From the IMG/VR virus record IMGVR_UViG_3300009838_000002, positions 1-54,154 of that record: a stretch of DNA of 54,154 nucleotides; one strand, 5' to 3'. How positions within the stretch are numbered: the first letter of the stretch is position 1; every line of letters begins with the position of its first letter. The position numbers and the translations under genes are program-made. Positions 41,870-50,019 of this stretch are shown piece after piece. The notes beneath the pieces are model-generated. The model worked only from the letters and a program-made list of their open reading frames with translations, was not told the DNA's origin and made no database searches. Source of the DNA: a virus.

Positions 41870-43101
41870 TGCTCACTCATATTGATCTCTTCAGCGGCAT
41901 CGGCGGTTTCTCCCTGGCCGCTGGATGGGCAGGTTTCGAGACTGTGGTTTTCTGCGAGAAAGATAAATTTTGCCAGAGGGTTCTAAAAAAGCATTGGCCG
42001 GAGGTGCCTTGTGAAAGTGACATCCGCGACTTCGACGGAACAAAATTTAGAGGGGCAACTCTACTTACCGGGGGCTTCCCCTGCCAGCCGTTTTCCTGCG
42101 CCGGACAGCGAAGAGGCAAGGCAGATGACCGTTACCTCTGGCCTCAAATGTTGCGCGTTATTGCCGAAGCAAGGCCCGCTTGGATCGTCGCTGAGAATGT
42201 TGCTGGTATCATCGAGATGGAGCTCGAAGGCGTGTGTGTTGACCTGGAGGCCGAAGGCTATGAAGTCTGGCCGGTTATTATTCCAGCTTGTGCCGTCGGT
42301 GCCCCGCACAGAAGGGATCGAGTCTGGATTATTGCGAACGCCACAGGCCGGGGATGCGGATCACGGAGGCCCTCATGCAAGGGACTCATCAGGGGCACCA
42401 CACTTGACGGGGCAGATCGCCTTGTTAAGGACACCAGATGCGGGGTGCAGCCGCGGGAACTATGCCAGCAGGGAAACCCGGAAAGAGAGGATCGAGGCCA
42501 AGGGTTTGCCTCTAAACCTAAACAGCCAGTTACAGGGAATAGCGATGGGACTTCTGCCGACGCCCCGCGCAGAGAAGCAGTCTCCGCAGAGTCGGGAGGA
42601 CTTTACGCCGAACCTGGCGGCGAGGCTGGCGATGTTGCCAACTCCGATGAGCGGATTCTCGGAGGCGTCACATGGGAGGGCCAACGGGAATTTCGAGCAG
42701 AAAACATTGGCGATAGCAAATTCCCTTCTGCCGACTCCCAAAAGCCAGAACGCCAACTCTCCGGCAATTCACGGCAACGGTGGCCAGGATCTACAGACTG
42801 CAATTCAGATGCTTCCGACGCCGACACAGAGAGACTACAAGAGCGGCAAGGGAAAATGCCAGGAGGAGCGGGAGAGAACGGCGGGGCCATCTCTTTCGGA
42901 GCAGATAGAGGCCCCTGGAAAGAACATTGGCTTCAAGCTCTGGCCCGAATTTGTAGAGCACATGATGGGCTACCTCGAAGGCTTCACCGAGCTTCCCGAC
43001 TGAAGGCGCTGGGAAACAGTATTGTCCCGCAAGTGGCCTACGAGATACTGCGGGGGATTGCAGAAATGGAGCTTCCGCCGAAAGTAGCTGAGGAAAGATA
43101 A
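41869..43101 (+). CDS. DNA (cytosine-5) methyltransferase; catalytic motifs in this frame, central region apparently coded in the +1 frame
   Basis: DLFSGIGGF (I), GGFPCQPFS (IV), ENV (VI), RRDRVWII (VIII) and LGNSIVPQV (X). Residues from about 160 to 380 are R/G/S/D-rich and carry no motif. Confidence 0.6.
   Translation: MLTHIDLFSGIGGFSLAAGWAGFETVVFCEKDKFCQRVLKKHWPEVPCESDIRDFDGTKFRGATLLTGGFPCQPFSCAGQRRGKADDRYLWPQMLRVIAEARPAWIVAENVAGIIEMELEGVCVDLEAEGYEVWPVIIPACAVGAPHRRDRVWIIANATGRGCGSRRPSCKGLIRGTTLDGADRLVKDTRCGVQPRELCQQGNPEREDRGQGFASKPKQPVTGNSDGTSADAPRREAVSAESGGLYAEPGGEAGDVANSDERILGGVTWEGQREFRAENIGDSKFPSADSQKPERQLSGNSRQRWPGSTDCNSDASDADTERLQERQGKMPGGAGENGGAISFGADRGPWKEHWLQALARICRAHDGLPRRLHRASRLKALGNSIVPQVAYEILRGIAEMELPPKVAEER
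42329..43003 (+). other. +1-frame segment encoding the probable target-recognition region of the methyltransferase
   Basis: Six (L/M)L(P/R)TP repeats and LWPEFVEHMMGYLEGFTELPD, followed by TGA at 43001-43003; part of ORF 42011..43003. Confidence 0.5.
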
Positions 43102-43847
43102 TGCTGAGAGAAGATACGCTTTTTGGATACGTGGATAAAGTAGCAATATCCATTTCCCGCTTACAAGAGTTTGAACCGAAGGAGGGTTATTATTTGGCCT
43201 TTTCGGGCGGCAAGGATAGCGTTGTTCTTCTGGCTCTCGCGAAGGCGGCAGGGGTAAAATTCGATGCCCATTACAGCCTTACGACAGTTGATCCTCCAGA
43301 GCTAGTGCGCTTTATATGGGATAATTTCCCAGAGGTAAAGACGGAATATCCGAGAGAAACGATGTGGCAACTTATACGGAGAAAAAGAATGTTGCCCACG
43401 AGACTGGCCCGCTATTGTTGTGAAGCCCTTAAAGAAGGAGGCGGCTATGGGCGCTATGTCTTAACCGGTATTCGATGGCAGGAAAGTAATGCGCGGAAAA
43501 AACGGCAGATGTTCGATGCCTGCGGCAAGAAAGGCAAGGTGTTTCTTCACCCGATAATTGACTGGGTTACGACTGAAATATGGCAATACATACGAGAAAA
43601 CAACCTGCCGTATTGCAAGCTCTACGACGAAGGGTTCAAGCGCTTGGGCTGCGTGATGTGTCCGATGTCAGGTAAAAAAGGTCGGCTGCGGGATATGGCG
43701 AGATGGCCGAAAATAGCGCGGTCATATCAGGAAGCGACAAAGGTGATTTTTGAGAGCAGGAAGGCGCGTGGAAATTGCCGCTGGCAGTCATGGGAAGAGA
43801 TGTGGGCTTGGTGGATGGAGCTTCCGCCATGCGTGGGGGCGAAATGA
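43101..43847 (+). CDS. PAPS-reductase-family PP-loop protein (248 aa)
   Basis: YLAFSGGKDSVVLL PP-loop motif; TAATG overlap start. Confidence 0.7.
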   Translation: MLREDTLFGYVDKVAISISRLQEFEPKEGYYLAFSGGKDSVVLLALAKAAGVKFDAHYSLTTVDPPELVRFIWDNFPEVKTEYPRETMWQLIRRKRMLPTRLARYCCEALKEGGGYGRYVLTGIRWQESNARKKRQMFDACGKKGKVFLHPIIDWVTTEIWQYIRENNLPYCKLYDEGFKRLGCVMCPMSGKKGRLRDMARWPKIARSYQEATKVIFESRKARGNCRWQSWEEMWAWWMELPPCVGAK

Positions 43848-44671
43848 AGATAGCCAGGGTTTTTCCAAGCAGAACTTCCTTTTCGCCGACGGATCCCGAT
43901 GCCTATTTCGGCCCACCGGATATGTTCACGCCGCGATATGACGAAGCCAGAATTTCAGTCTGCTTCACCTGGGATCTGAACAAGGCGGCGCGACTGGCCC
44001 ACGAATGGAGTTATAACGCAACTTCTGTTCATATCGGAGGCCCAGCGATGGGTTCTCCGGGTGGGGAATTTTTTCCTGGAATGTATCTTCGCCAAGGCGT
44101 GACGCTTACTTCAAGAGGTTGTCCTAACTCCTGCCCGTTCTGCTTGGTTCCGAAGCGGGAAGGAAAACTCCGAGAACTCGAGATCCGGCCCGGAAACATC
44201 ATCCAAGATAATAACATTCTGGCCTGTAGCTCTGGGCATCTCCTGAAAGTCTTCGCCATGCTTCGCAGGCAAAAGCAAATTGAATTTAAGGGCGGCCTTG
44301 AGGCGTCGCGGTTGACGCCGGATATTTGCGATGAACTCGCAAGCCTGAGCATCCGTTCCCTGTGGTTCGCCTGCGATACTCCAGGGGCCTTGCCGGGGCT
44401 TAAAAAAGCGCAGGCACTTTTAAACAGAGCGGGCTTCAAGCGAGATAAACTTTTCTGTTACGTCCTGATCGGAGACGACATGCAGGAAAATGAGGGCCGG
44501 TTGCGTTCCGTATGGGAGGCGGGCTTCATGCCTTTCGCACAGCTATTCCAGCCCGAGAAGAAAATTATTTACACTCGGGAATGGAAGCAGTTTGTCAGAA
44601 CATGGTCCCGGCCTGCAGCTTACAAAAGCAAGCTGTCCAAAGAAGCGATGGCGAGAAAGGAGAGGCAGTGA
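43844..44671 (+). CDS. Radical SAM protein (275 aa)
   Basis: TSRGCPNSCPFC (CX3CX2C); ATGA overlap start. Confidence 0.65.
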   Translation: MKIARVFPSRTSFSPTDPDAYFGPPDMFTPRYDEARISVCFTWDLNKAARLAHEWSYNATSVHIGGPAMGSPGGEFFPGMYLRQGVTLTSRGCPNSCPFCLVPKREGKLRELEIRPGNIIQDNNILACSSGHLLKVFAMLRRQKQIEFKGGLEASRLTPDICDELASLSIRSLWFACDTPGALPGLKKAQALLNRAGFKRDKLFCYVLIGDDMQENEGRLRSVWEAGFMPFAQLFQPEKKIIYTREWKQFVRTWSRPAAYKSKLSKEAMARKERQ

Positions 44672-44877
44672 TAAAAGTTGGAGACAAGGTGGACTACCAC
44701 AGCATTATTGGCGGCGCGGTAACTTCAACGGGGCATATTGTAACCAAAATATACCCAGAACCGAACAACTTCGGATGTCCTGTCGCGTTTATTTCGGATA
44801 AATGCGGAGTCGTGGCCATGTCGGCACTAACGCCCGCCACCGGCCAACCGGATGCGGAGAAAGAGAGGGAGAAATGA
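44668..44877 (+). CDS. Hypothetical protein (69 aa)
   Basis: GTGA overlap start. Confidence 0.5.
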   Translation: MIKVGDKVDYHSIIGGAVTSTGHIVTKIYPEPNNFGCPVAFISDKCGVVAMSALTPATGQPDAEKEREK

Positions 44878-45137
44878 ACCAGAATAGCGATGCGAAATTT
44901 GATAAGGCGGTAGAAAAAGCCTATAAAACAAGAAGAATTGCGTTCGACAAGGCCGAGGAAACGAGGCTACTTGCCCGCAATAAATGGGATTATGCACAGA
45001 GAAGATTTGCAGATGCCATGGCTAAGGCAAACGCAAAATATGATGTGGCAGTGGCAGTTGCTCGCGAAAAGCGAGAGAAAGAGAAAGAGAAAGAGAAAGA
45101 GAAAGAGAAAGAGGTGAGACAATGCCAGATAAAATAA
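44874..45137 (+). CDS. Hypothetical coiled-coil protein with (EK)n tract (87 aa)
   Basis: ATGA overlap start; ..REKREKEKEKEKEKEKEV.. Confidence 0.55.
   Translation: MNQNSDAKFDKAVEKAYKTRRIAFDKAEETRLLARNKWDYAQRRFADAMAKANAKYDVAVAVAREKREKEKEKEKEKEKEVRQCQIK
45075..45113 (+). repeat. Hexanucleotide microsatellite (GAGAAA)x6
   Basis: Six perfect units at 45075-45110 plus GAG. Confidence 0.95.
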
Positions 45138-45301
45138 AAAAAGCCACTGCAAAAACAGAGAGGGCTTATAAGGTTTTCTGTGCGGCCAGAAGATCCCTTC
45201 GGGAAGCTCAAATGAATTATATCAGAGCTTGCACTGTTTTCGATTTGGCGCATGAGCAACTTTTCAAGATAAAGCTGGCGGAGAAAGGAGGGAAGGGATG
45301 A
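45122..45301 (+). CDS. Hypothetical protein (59 aa)
   Basis: ATG at 45122 after GAGGTGAGAC; ATGA overlap with the next gene; below the ORF-track size cutoff. Confidence 0.45.
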   Translation: MPDKIKKATAKTERAYKVFCAARRSLREAQMNYIRACTVFDLAHEQLFKIKLAEKGGKG

Positions 45302-45606
45302 GTTTCATGGATGATGTGGACGATTTGATGGATGCGCGAAAAGAGAAGCCTACCTCCTGCCCCGACTGCGCAGCCAAGGACAAGCAGATCGAGGAGCTGG
45401 AGGATGCGCTGGTGGAGGTGCTGAGGGAAAACTTCCCGGCTGTCACCGTAAACTCCGGCGTCTTTCGAACTTGCTTTAATGGTGAAATCAAGGCTTTGCG
45501 TCTACTAGAAAACAGGGGGGTCTTTGAAATTACGGGCGAAACCGATCTTGGTATTCAGGGCCGCTTCCTCCCGCGCCGGGAGACGAAGAAAGGAGCGAAA
45601 GGGTAA
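45298..45606 (+). CDS. Hypothetical protein (102 aa)
   Basis: ORF track; coupled at both ends. Confidence 0.55.
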   Translation: MSFMDDVDDLMDARKEKPTSCPDCAAKDKQIEELEDALVEVLRENFPAVTVNSGVFRTCFNGEIKALRLLENRGVFEITGETDLGIQGRFLPRRETKKGAKG

Positions 45607-45821
45607 TGCACGAAGACACCGGAGAACTCAGGATGTTAGCGGAAAACGAGACTCCACCCCCAGGATGTATTATAGTTCCAACGAGATACGAAAAGCGGGC
45701 CATGAAGTTAGTCAGAGAGGGCAAGGCAGCAACTTCTTTGCACATTCTTAAAAAAAGAGGCGAGGCTATAAATATACGGCGCGGAGTATGGATAGCGAAA
45801 GAGGAGGCATTATGTTTATAG
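45606..45821 (+). CDS. Hypothetical protein (71 aa)
   Basis: TAATG overlap start. Confidence 0.5.
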   Translation: MHEDTGELRMLAENETPPPGCIIVPTRYEKRAMKLVREGKAATSLHILKKRGEAINIRRGVWIAKEEALCL

Positions 45822-46498
45822 TGGTCAGCGGAAGTATATCCGCCGGGAAGTCAACCGTCACCCGGGAGGCCGCGAAAGACCTGGGATATGAGCCCCTTTT
45901 CGAGACAGTCAAGGGCCATCCATATCTGGCGAAGTTTTACAAGAACCCGAAGGAATTTGCCTTCCGCACCCAGTCTTTCTTCCTCTGGGATCGCTTCAAC
46001 AAGCATTACCACGCCGTCAAAAGCGGCAAGGACATTATCGCGGATCGCTCCATCTATGAGGACGCCATATTTGCCAAGCTCCAGAACATGCGCGGAGACA
46101 TGGACGACGACGACTACTTCCGCACCTATCTGCCGCACTTCGAGTTGCTGTGCAACATCCTCAAACCGCCGGATCTGCTGATTTACCTTCGGGCCGGGCT
46201 GCCGTCCCTGCTCCATCGAAAGGCCAGGCGCGACAGGCAGATGGAGAAGGACATGGATCCGGAATACATGGAGCAGCTCCTTGGGCTTTACGAGGAGTGG
46301 TTCGACAGCTACCCATACCGGAAGATGGTCGTGGACACGGACAGCGTGCAGCTCATTCGAGAGATACCGAAGAGCACGGATGGAGAGCCGGGTGCCGCCT
46401 GGCCGACATTTATGCAGACGGTCAAAAGAAAATTGGAGCAGAAGGACGCGTGGGTGGAACTTACGGCCAGAGAAGAGGCTTGGGAGGTGACGCCATAA
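45812..46498 (+). CDS. Deoxynucleoside kinase (228 aa)
   Basis: P-loop VSGSISAGKST, DRSIYED motif; GAGGAGG RBS before the ATG at 45812. Confidence 0.7.
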   Translation: MFIVVSGSISAGKSTVTREAAKDLGYEPLFETVKGHPYLAKFYKNPKEFAFRTQSFFLWDRFNKHYHAVKSGKDIIADRSIYEDAIFAKLQNMRGDMDDDDYFRTYLPHFELLCNILKPPDLLIYLRAGLPSLLHRKARRDRQMEKDMDPEYMEQLLGLYEEWFDSYPYRKMVVDTDSVQLIREIPKSTDGEPGAAWPTFMQTVKRKLEQKDAWVELTAREEAWEVTP

Positions 46499-46677
46499 TG
46501 TTTTCAGTTCAGCAAAAACGCGACATCGCAGACAAGGTGCAGACAATACTCAGGGAGACAGGCCACCCGGAACTGCCAGAAGGCGAAATTGAATTTGCCT
46601 TGCACGTGGACGGGGCGGTTACGAACCCCGACGTGAACCCCTGGAACGAGAAGCAGGCTCAGGAGGTGGAGGGATGA
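46498..46677 (+). CDS. Hypothetical protein (59 aa)
   Basis: TAATG overlap start; ATGA overlap at the end. Confidence 0.45.
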   Translation: MFSVQQKRDIADKVQTILRETGHPELPEGEIEFALHVDGAVTNPDVNPWNEKQAQEVEG

Positions 46678-47414
46678 TGTGGAAGGTTTTCGCTTTTGCG
46701 GGTATGATTTTATGCTTTGCGACATTTTTTTCCGTCCTCTACGGTATTGAAAGCGAGGTGAAGGAAAAGGGCGGCAAGTTGCGCCTGTGGATCGTTGGCT
46801 TGATGATGTTGTTTTTCGTTCTGGCCGTTGTTTGCGCTATGGCCCACGCCGCGCCGCTCCCAAAACCCATTCCCTATGTGCCTTATGTTAATGGCATGGA
46901 AACGGGTGTGGGATTCCCCGAGAGGGCCAATTTAATAGCAGACAAGATGCCCCTCCCTACTCCCTCCGCACACGCAGATCCTCTGCACGTGCGAAGCTGG
47001 AGCATCACGGAATACTGCCTCAGCATAGAGTTTGCAACGGCTACCGGGGCATTGGCCGAAACCGTGCGAATACAGCGCAAGGAAGGGCGGCTTGTGATAA
47101 CGACGGAGCCAGCGCCGGAGGAGGGGGACAAGCTGACCGGGCGACTAAGGCCAAAAGACGAAAACAGCAGGTTTAAAGAGGTTTTCTTTCCCGGCTACAA
47201 TTTAGACAGCAAGCCGAGTGAAGGCCAATGTCCCTTTTGCGGCGGGAAAGTTACCAGCGAAATAACAGGTTGCCCCGAAGGGAAAATAGGTTGCACGGTT
47301 GCCCACTTCGGCTTAATGTGTTCGAAATGCGGAAGAATTTTAGAGCGGTTGCCGGAGGAACTCACCGGGACGCTGACGCCGGGAGAGGTAAAGAGGGGAG
47401 GGGTGGGGCGATGA
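46674..47414 (+). CDS. Membrane protein with two TM segments and a C-terminal zinc ribbon (246 aa)
   Basis: FAFAGMILCFATFFSVLYGI and LWIVGLMMLFFVLAVVCAMAHA; CPFCGG...CSKCG. Confidence 0.55.
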   Translation: MMWKVFAFAGMILCFATFFSVLYGIESEVKEKGGKLRLWIVGLMMLFFVLAVVCAMAHAAPLPKPIPYVPYVNGMETGVGFPERANLIADKMPLPTPSAHADPLHVRSWSITEYCLSIEFATATGALAETVRIQRKEGRLVITTEPAPEEGDKLTGRLRPKDENSRFKEVFFPGYNLDSKPSEGQCPFCGGKVTSEITGCPEGKIGCTVAHFGLMCSKCGRILERLPEELTGTLTPGEVKRGGVGR

Positions 47415-47767
47415 CTTCCAGCGAAGAAAAGAGTCTTGATCTTCTCTGGGGTCGCATAATAGCAGAACGAGATGGCCCCTGCTGTAAAAAGTGCGGTTCG
47501 ACATGGCAAGTAACTTCCGCGCATATCGTTCCACGCAGGCACCGAAAAACAAGGCATGATCCAAGAAACGGGACTCGCCTATGTGGAGACTGTCACTACC
47601 GATACGATAAACACTACCCCGAAGAAGTCAGGTGGATGAAAGGCTACTGCGGAAAAGAACTTTGGGAGGAGTTGCAGGCGGCAAAAAAGGGATATGTGCG
47701 AGACAGATGCTACAAGGAAATAGTATCGTTCCTAACTAAAAAAGCGCAGGAGATGAAGGCGGCATGA
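47411..47767 (+). CDS. ninG: NinG/Rap-like recombination endonuclease (118 aa)
   Basis: CCKKCGS..TSAHIVPRRH..RHDPRNGTRLCGDCH; ATGA overlap start. Confidence 0.55.
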   Translation: MTSSEEKSLDLLWGRIIAERDGPCCKKCGSTWQVTSAHIVPRRHRKTRHDPRNGTRLCGDCHYRYDKHYPEEVRWMKGYCGKELWEELQAAKKGYVRDRCYKEIVSFLTKKAQEMKAA

Positions 47768-48366
47768 TCCTTTCCCTTCACTCCCTCCCTCGCGCCAACG
47801 GAGACGACTTGATCGCGGAACTTATTCGACGTGGAAACATGGCTTTTGAGGATCCCATACCCGGAGGACGAGGAATTATTATGTTTCTCCCTCCTTATAG
47901 GCGGCCGCTGAACCACTTGGAAATGATCGGCCTGACTTCTCCCAGGGTTGTTCAAATGCTTATGCTTCGTTCCTCGAACAAGGGGATCTACTTCGTCGGC
48001 GGGTCCATCATGGCCGACAAATTTATCACGGCAGAGCTTCTTCTGGAGACGGGACTCCTAACCCGGCCGGACTACATGCTTTACGACAATTACCTTTTCA
48101 ACATCACGCGCCAATTCGGAGAGGCGCTAACCCCGGATGCTTCGATCTTCGCGGACTACTCTCCAGACTCGATCCGGGCCGAAGTCGCGCAGTTTGGAAC
48201 GGACGAAGAAAAGGAGTTTCTAACGCCAAATATTCTCTGCCGCATGAGAAAGAAGTTCTTGGACAATATCTCCTACCTTTCGCCGGCCAATTTCATCTTG
48301 CCAGAGGGATACTCAGTCGAGACAATGGCAGAAGTCATAGAATATACTGCAAGGAGGATGGCATGA
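47764..48366 (+). CDS. Hypothetical protein (200 aa)
   Basis: ATGA overlaps at both ends. Confidence 0.55.
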   Translation: MILSLHSLPRANGDDLIAELIRRGNMAFEDPIPGGRGIIMFLPPYRRPLNHLEMIGLTSPRVVQMLMLRSSNKGIYFVGGSIMADKFITAELLLETGLLTRPDYMLYDNYLFNITRQFGEALTPDASIFADYSPDSIRAEVAQFGTDEEKEFLTPNILCRMRKKFLDNISYLSPANFILPEGYSVETMAEVIEYTARRMA

Positions 48367-48752
48367 AAGACTACCCTTTGTCCAAGCACTTTATGAGAAG
48401 TCAGCTTCAATGCCGATGCTGTGGGAACATTGGGCCATACCCGGAGAACCTGAAAAAACTCTTGGAAAAGCTGGAAGCTTTATGGCAGGCCATCAAGGAC
48501 AAATACAAAAAACCCTATGATATTCACTTCAGTTGCGCGTATCGTTGCCCAAAACACAATGCCGAAATTCCGGGTAGCGCCCCGAACAGTTACCATACTC
48601 AGGACATGGCCGCCGACATCTGGCTAAAAGAGGCCGACGTTGACTCTCTGGCGAACTTAGCCAAGAAAGTGGGCTTCGGAGGAATAGGCAGATACTACGC
48701 GCAAGAATTTGTCCACGTGGATGTTGGGCCTTCGCGGGAGTGGGAGGAGTAA
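48363..48752 (+). CDS. Peptidase M15-type endolysin (129 aa)
   Basis: SCAYRCPKHNAEIPGSAPNSYHTQDMAADI...GGIGRYYAQEFVHVDV (zinc ligands H, D, H). Confidence 0.75.
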   Translation: MKDYPLSKHFMRSQLQCRCCGNIGPYPENLKKLLEKLEALWQAIKDKYKKPYDIHFSCAYRCPKHNAEIPGSAPNSYHTQDMAADIWLKEADVDSLANLAKKVGFGGIGRYYAQEFVHVDVGPSREWEE

Positions 48753-48832
48753 TGGAATACTTTATTGGATTGTTGGGCGGCCTTATTGCGAGTGCCTTTG
48801 TGGCGTTTTTATACCTAAAGAGCGCCATCTAG
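48752..48832 (+). CDS. Small hydrophobic peptide (26 aa), possible lysis accessory
   Basis: TAATG overlap with the endolysin stop; MEYFIGLLGGLIASAFVAFLYLKSAI. Confidence 0.4.
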   Translation: MEYFIGLLGGLIASAFVAFLYLKSAI

Positions 48833-48948
48833 TTTGACGCATTTGACGAGGAAAATTTCAATAGCCCTTGGATGGACTGCAGATCTATTCATGGCGAGAA
48901 CGGAGAGGACATAGTATTGTTTACCGGAGAGATCGCAAGCTATTCCGG

Positions 48949-48967
48949 GATACTAGCCCCTAGCCTT
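48949..48967 (-). promoter_or_regulatory. Degenerate motif copy (AAGGCTAGGGGCTAGTATC)
   Basis: Plus strand GATACTAGCCCCTAGCCTT; carries a 4-nt TAGC insertion relative to the consensus; no good promoter nearby. Confidence 0.4.
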
Positions 48968-49021
48968 CTGGCATAGGCAAAAACGATGAGGAAGCCTCTT
49001 GAATGATTACCGTAAATAAAG

Positions 49022-49045
49022 AAAGGGGCCAAGAAGGCCCCTTTT
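49022..49045. terminator. Bidirectional rho-independent terminator between the convergent arms
   Basis: AAAGGGGCC-aagaa-GGCCCCTTT, with a T-run on the plus strand and TTTCTTTATTT on the minus strand. Confidence 0.75.
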
Positions 49046-49069
49046 GAGTCGTGTTTCTGGGATTATGGT

Positions 49070-49972
49070 TTATATCTGTTCGTACCAGATCCAGAAGTAA
49101 GAAGGCTGTCCGCCGCTGGACGTAGCAGTAATATTCGTATCTGCTGTTGCCTGTGTAAAACTGCCTGATGTTCCAAGCTGAAGATCAATGAAGTAGTTGC
49201 ATAAAAACACACCCGCAGAATCGCTTAGAGTTGTTGTTGATGACGTTGAATTTGACTGAATTATTCTGTGGATCCTGTATTTCTTTCCCCCTGTGAGGGC
49301 TGGAAGCATTTCCGCCCCGGAAGCAATGGATCCCGTGGCAACAAATGTATATTGGCTGTATGGATCAACAATTTTAGCCAAGTCGGCAACAACGATACCA
49401 ACGCGCCCAATATCGGTGCCAGCAGTAAATTTTGCATTCATCGCGGAGAGGGTAGTCTGAGTGGCGAAGTCCTTGCCCGCGATAGTTGCTAAGTTTCCAC
49501 CAGTTTCCAGGGCAAGCAAAGAAGTGTTAAGATTCGTTCCTGCGTTTGCTGTTACAGTTCCTGCAATAGCCCCGGTATTACAGGTGAATCCTGCAATAGT
49601 TCCTGTGTTTGTTGCAATAGTATCAAGGTTTCCTCCTGTTTCCAGCGCCAATAGTGAGGTATTGAGGTTTGTTCCTGCATTGGCAGTAACAGCTCCGGTT
49701 ATGGCGGGCAGAGACAACACATCGATGGCGGGCATGGTCAGAACGTCAACCTGTAATTCTCCGTTGGAGTCGGTCTTGAACGCCCGGGCGTTGGTTCCGT
49801 CGGATCCAACAACCAAAAGGCCGGTAGTCGCCACGGCCGTTGCTACCGGAGAGCGCATCTGCATGATGAGCTGTTCGATGGAATACCAGATGGCATGAGA
49901 GGGCATCGCGGCGGATACCACGAACCCCAGGATCAGAATAAGGGAAAGGACTTTTAATTTCAAACTTTTCAC
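49070..49972 (-). CDS. Secreted repeat protein (300 aa) with signal peptide
   Basis: GTG at 49972, 8 nt after AAGGAGG; MKSLKLKVLSLILILGFVVSAAMPSHA; VTANAGTNLNTSLLALETGGNL occurs twice, 45 aa apart. Confidence 0.6.
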   Translation of the reverse strand: MKSLKLKVLSLILILGFVVSAAMPSHAIWYSIEQLIMQMRSPVATAVATTGLLVVGSDGTNARAFKTDSNGELQVDVLTMPAIDVLSLPAITGAVTANAGTNLNTSLLALETGGNLDTIATNTGTIAGFTCNTGAIAGTVTANAGTNLNTSLLALETGGNLATIAGKDFATQTTLSAMNAKFTAGTDIGRVGIVVADLAKIVDPYSQYTFVATGSIASGAEMLPALTGGKKYRIHRIIQSNSTSSTTTLSDSAGVFLCNYFIDLQLGTSGSFTQATADTNITATSSGGQPSYFWIWYEQI

Positions 49973-50019
49973 TTTACATTCCTCCTTGTTTTTGTGCTTT
50001 CCGGGAACCGATGCCGAAG

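Noticed and set aside
45851-46546. 231-aa minus-strand ORF
   Set aside because: It is antisense to the deoxynucleoside kinase gene.
48834-48965. Weak promoter (TTGACG-N17-TTCAAT) and a 34-codon ORF after the endolysin operon
   Set aside because: The -10 is poor, there is no SD, and the ORF is unsupported. The region is more simply the 3' UTR leading to the terminator at 49022-49045.
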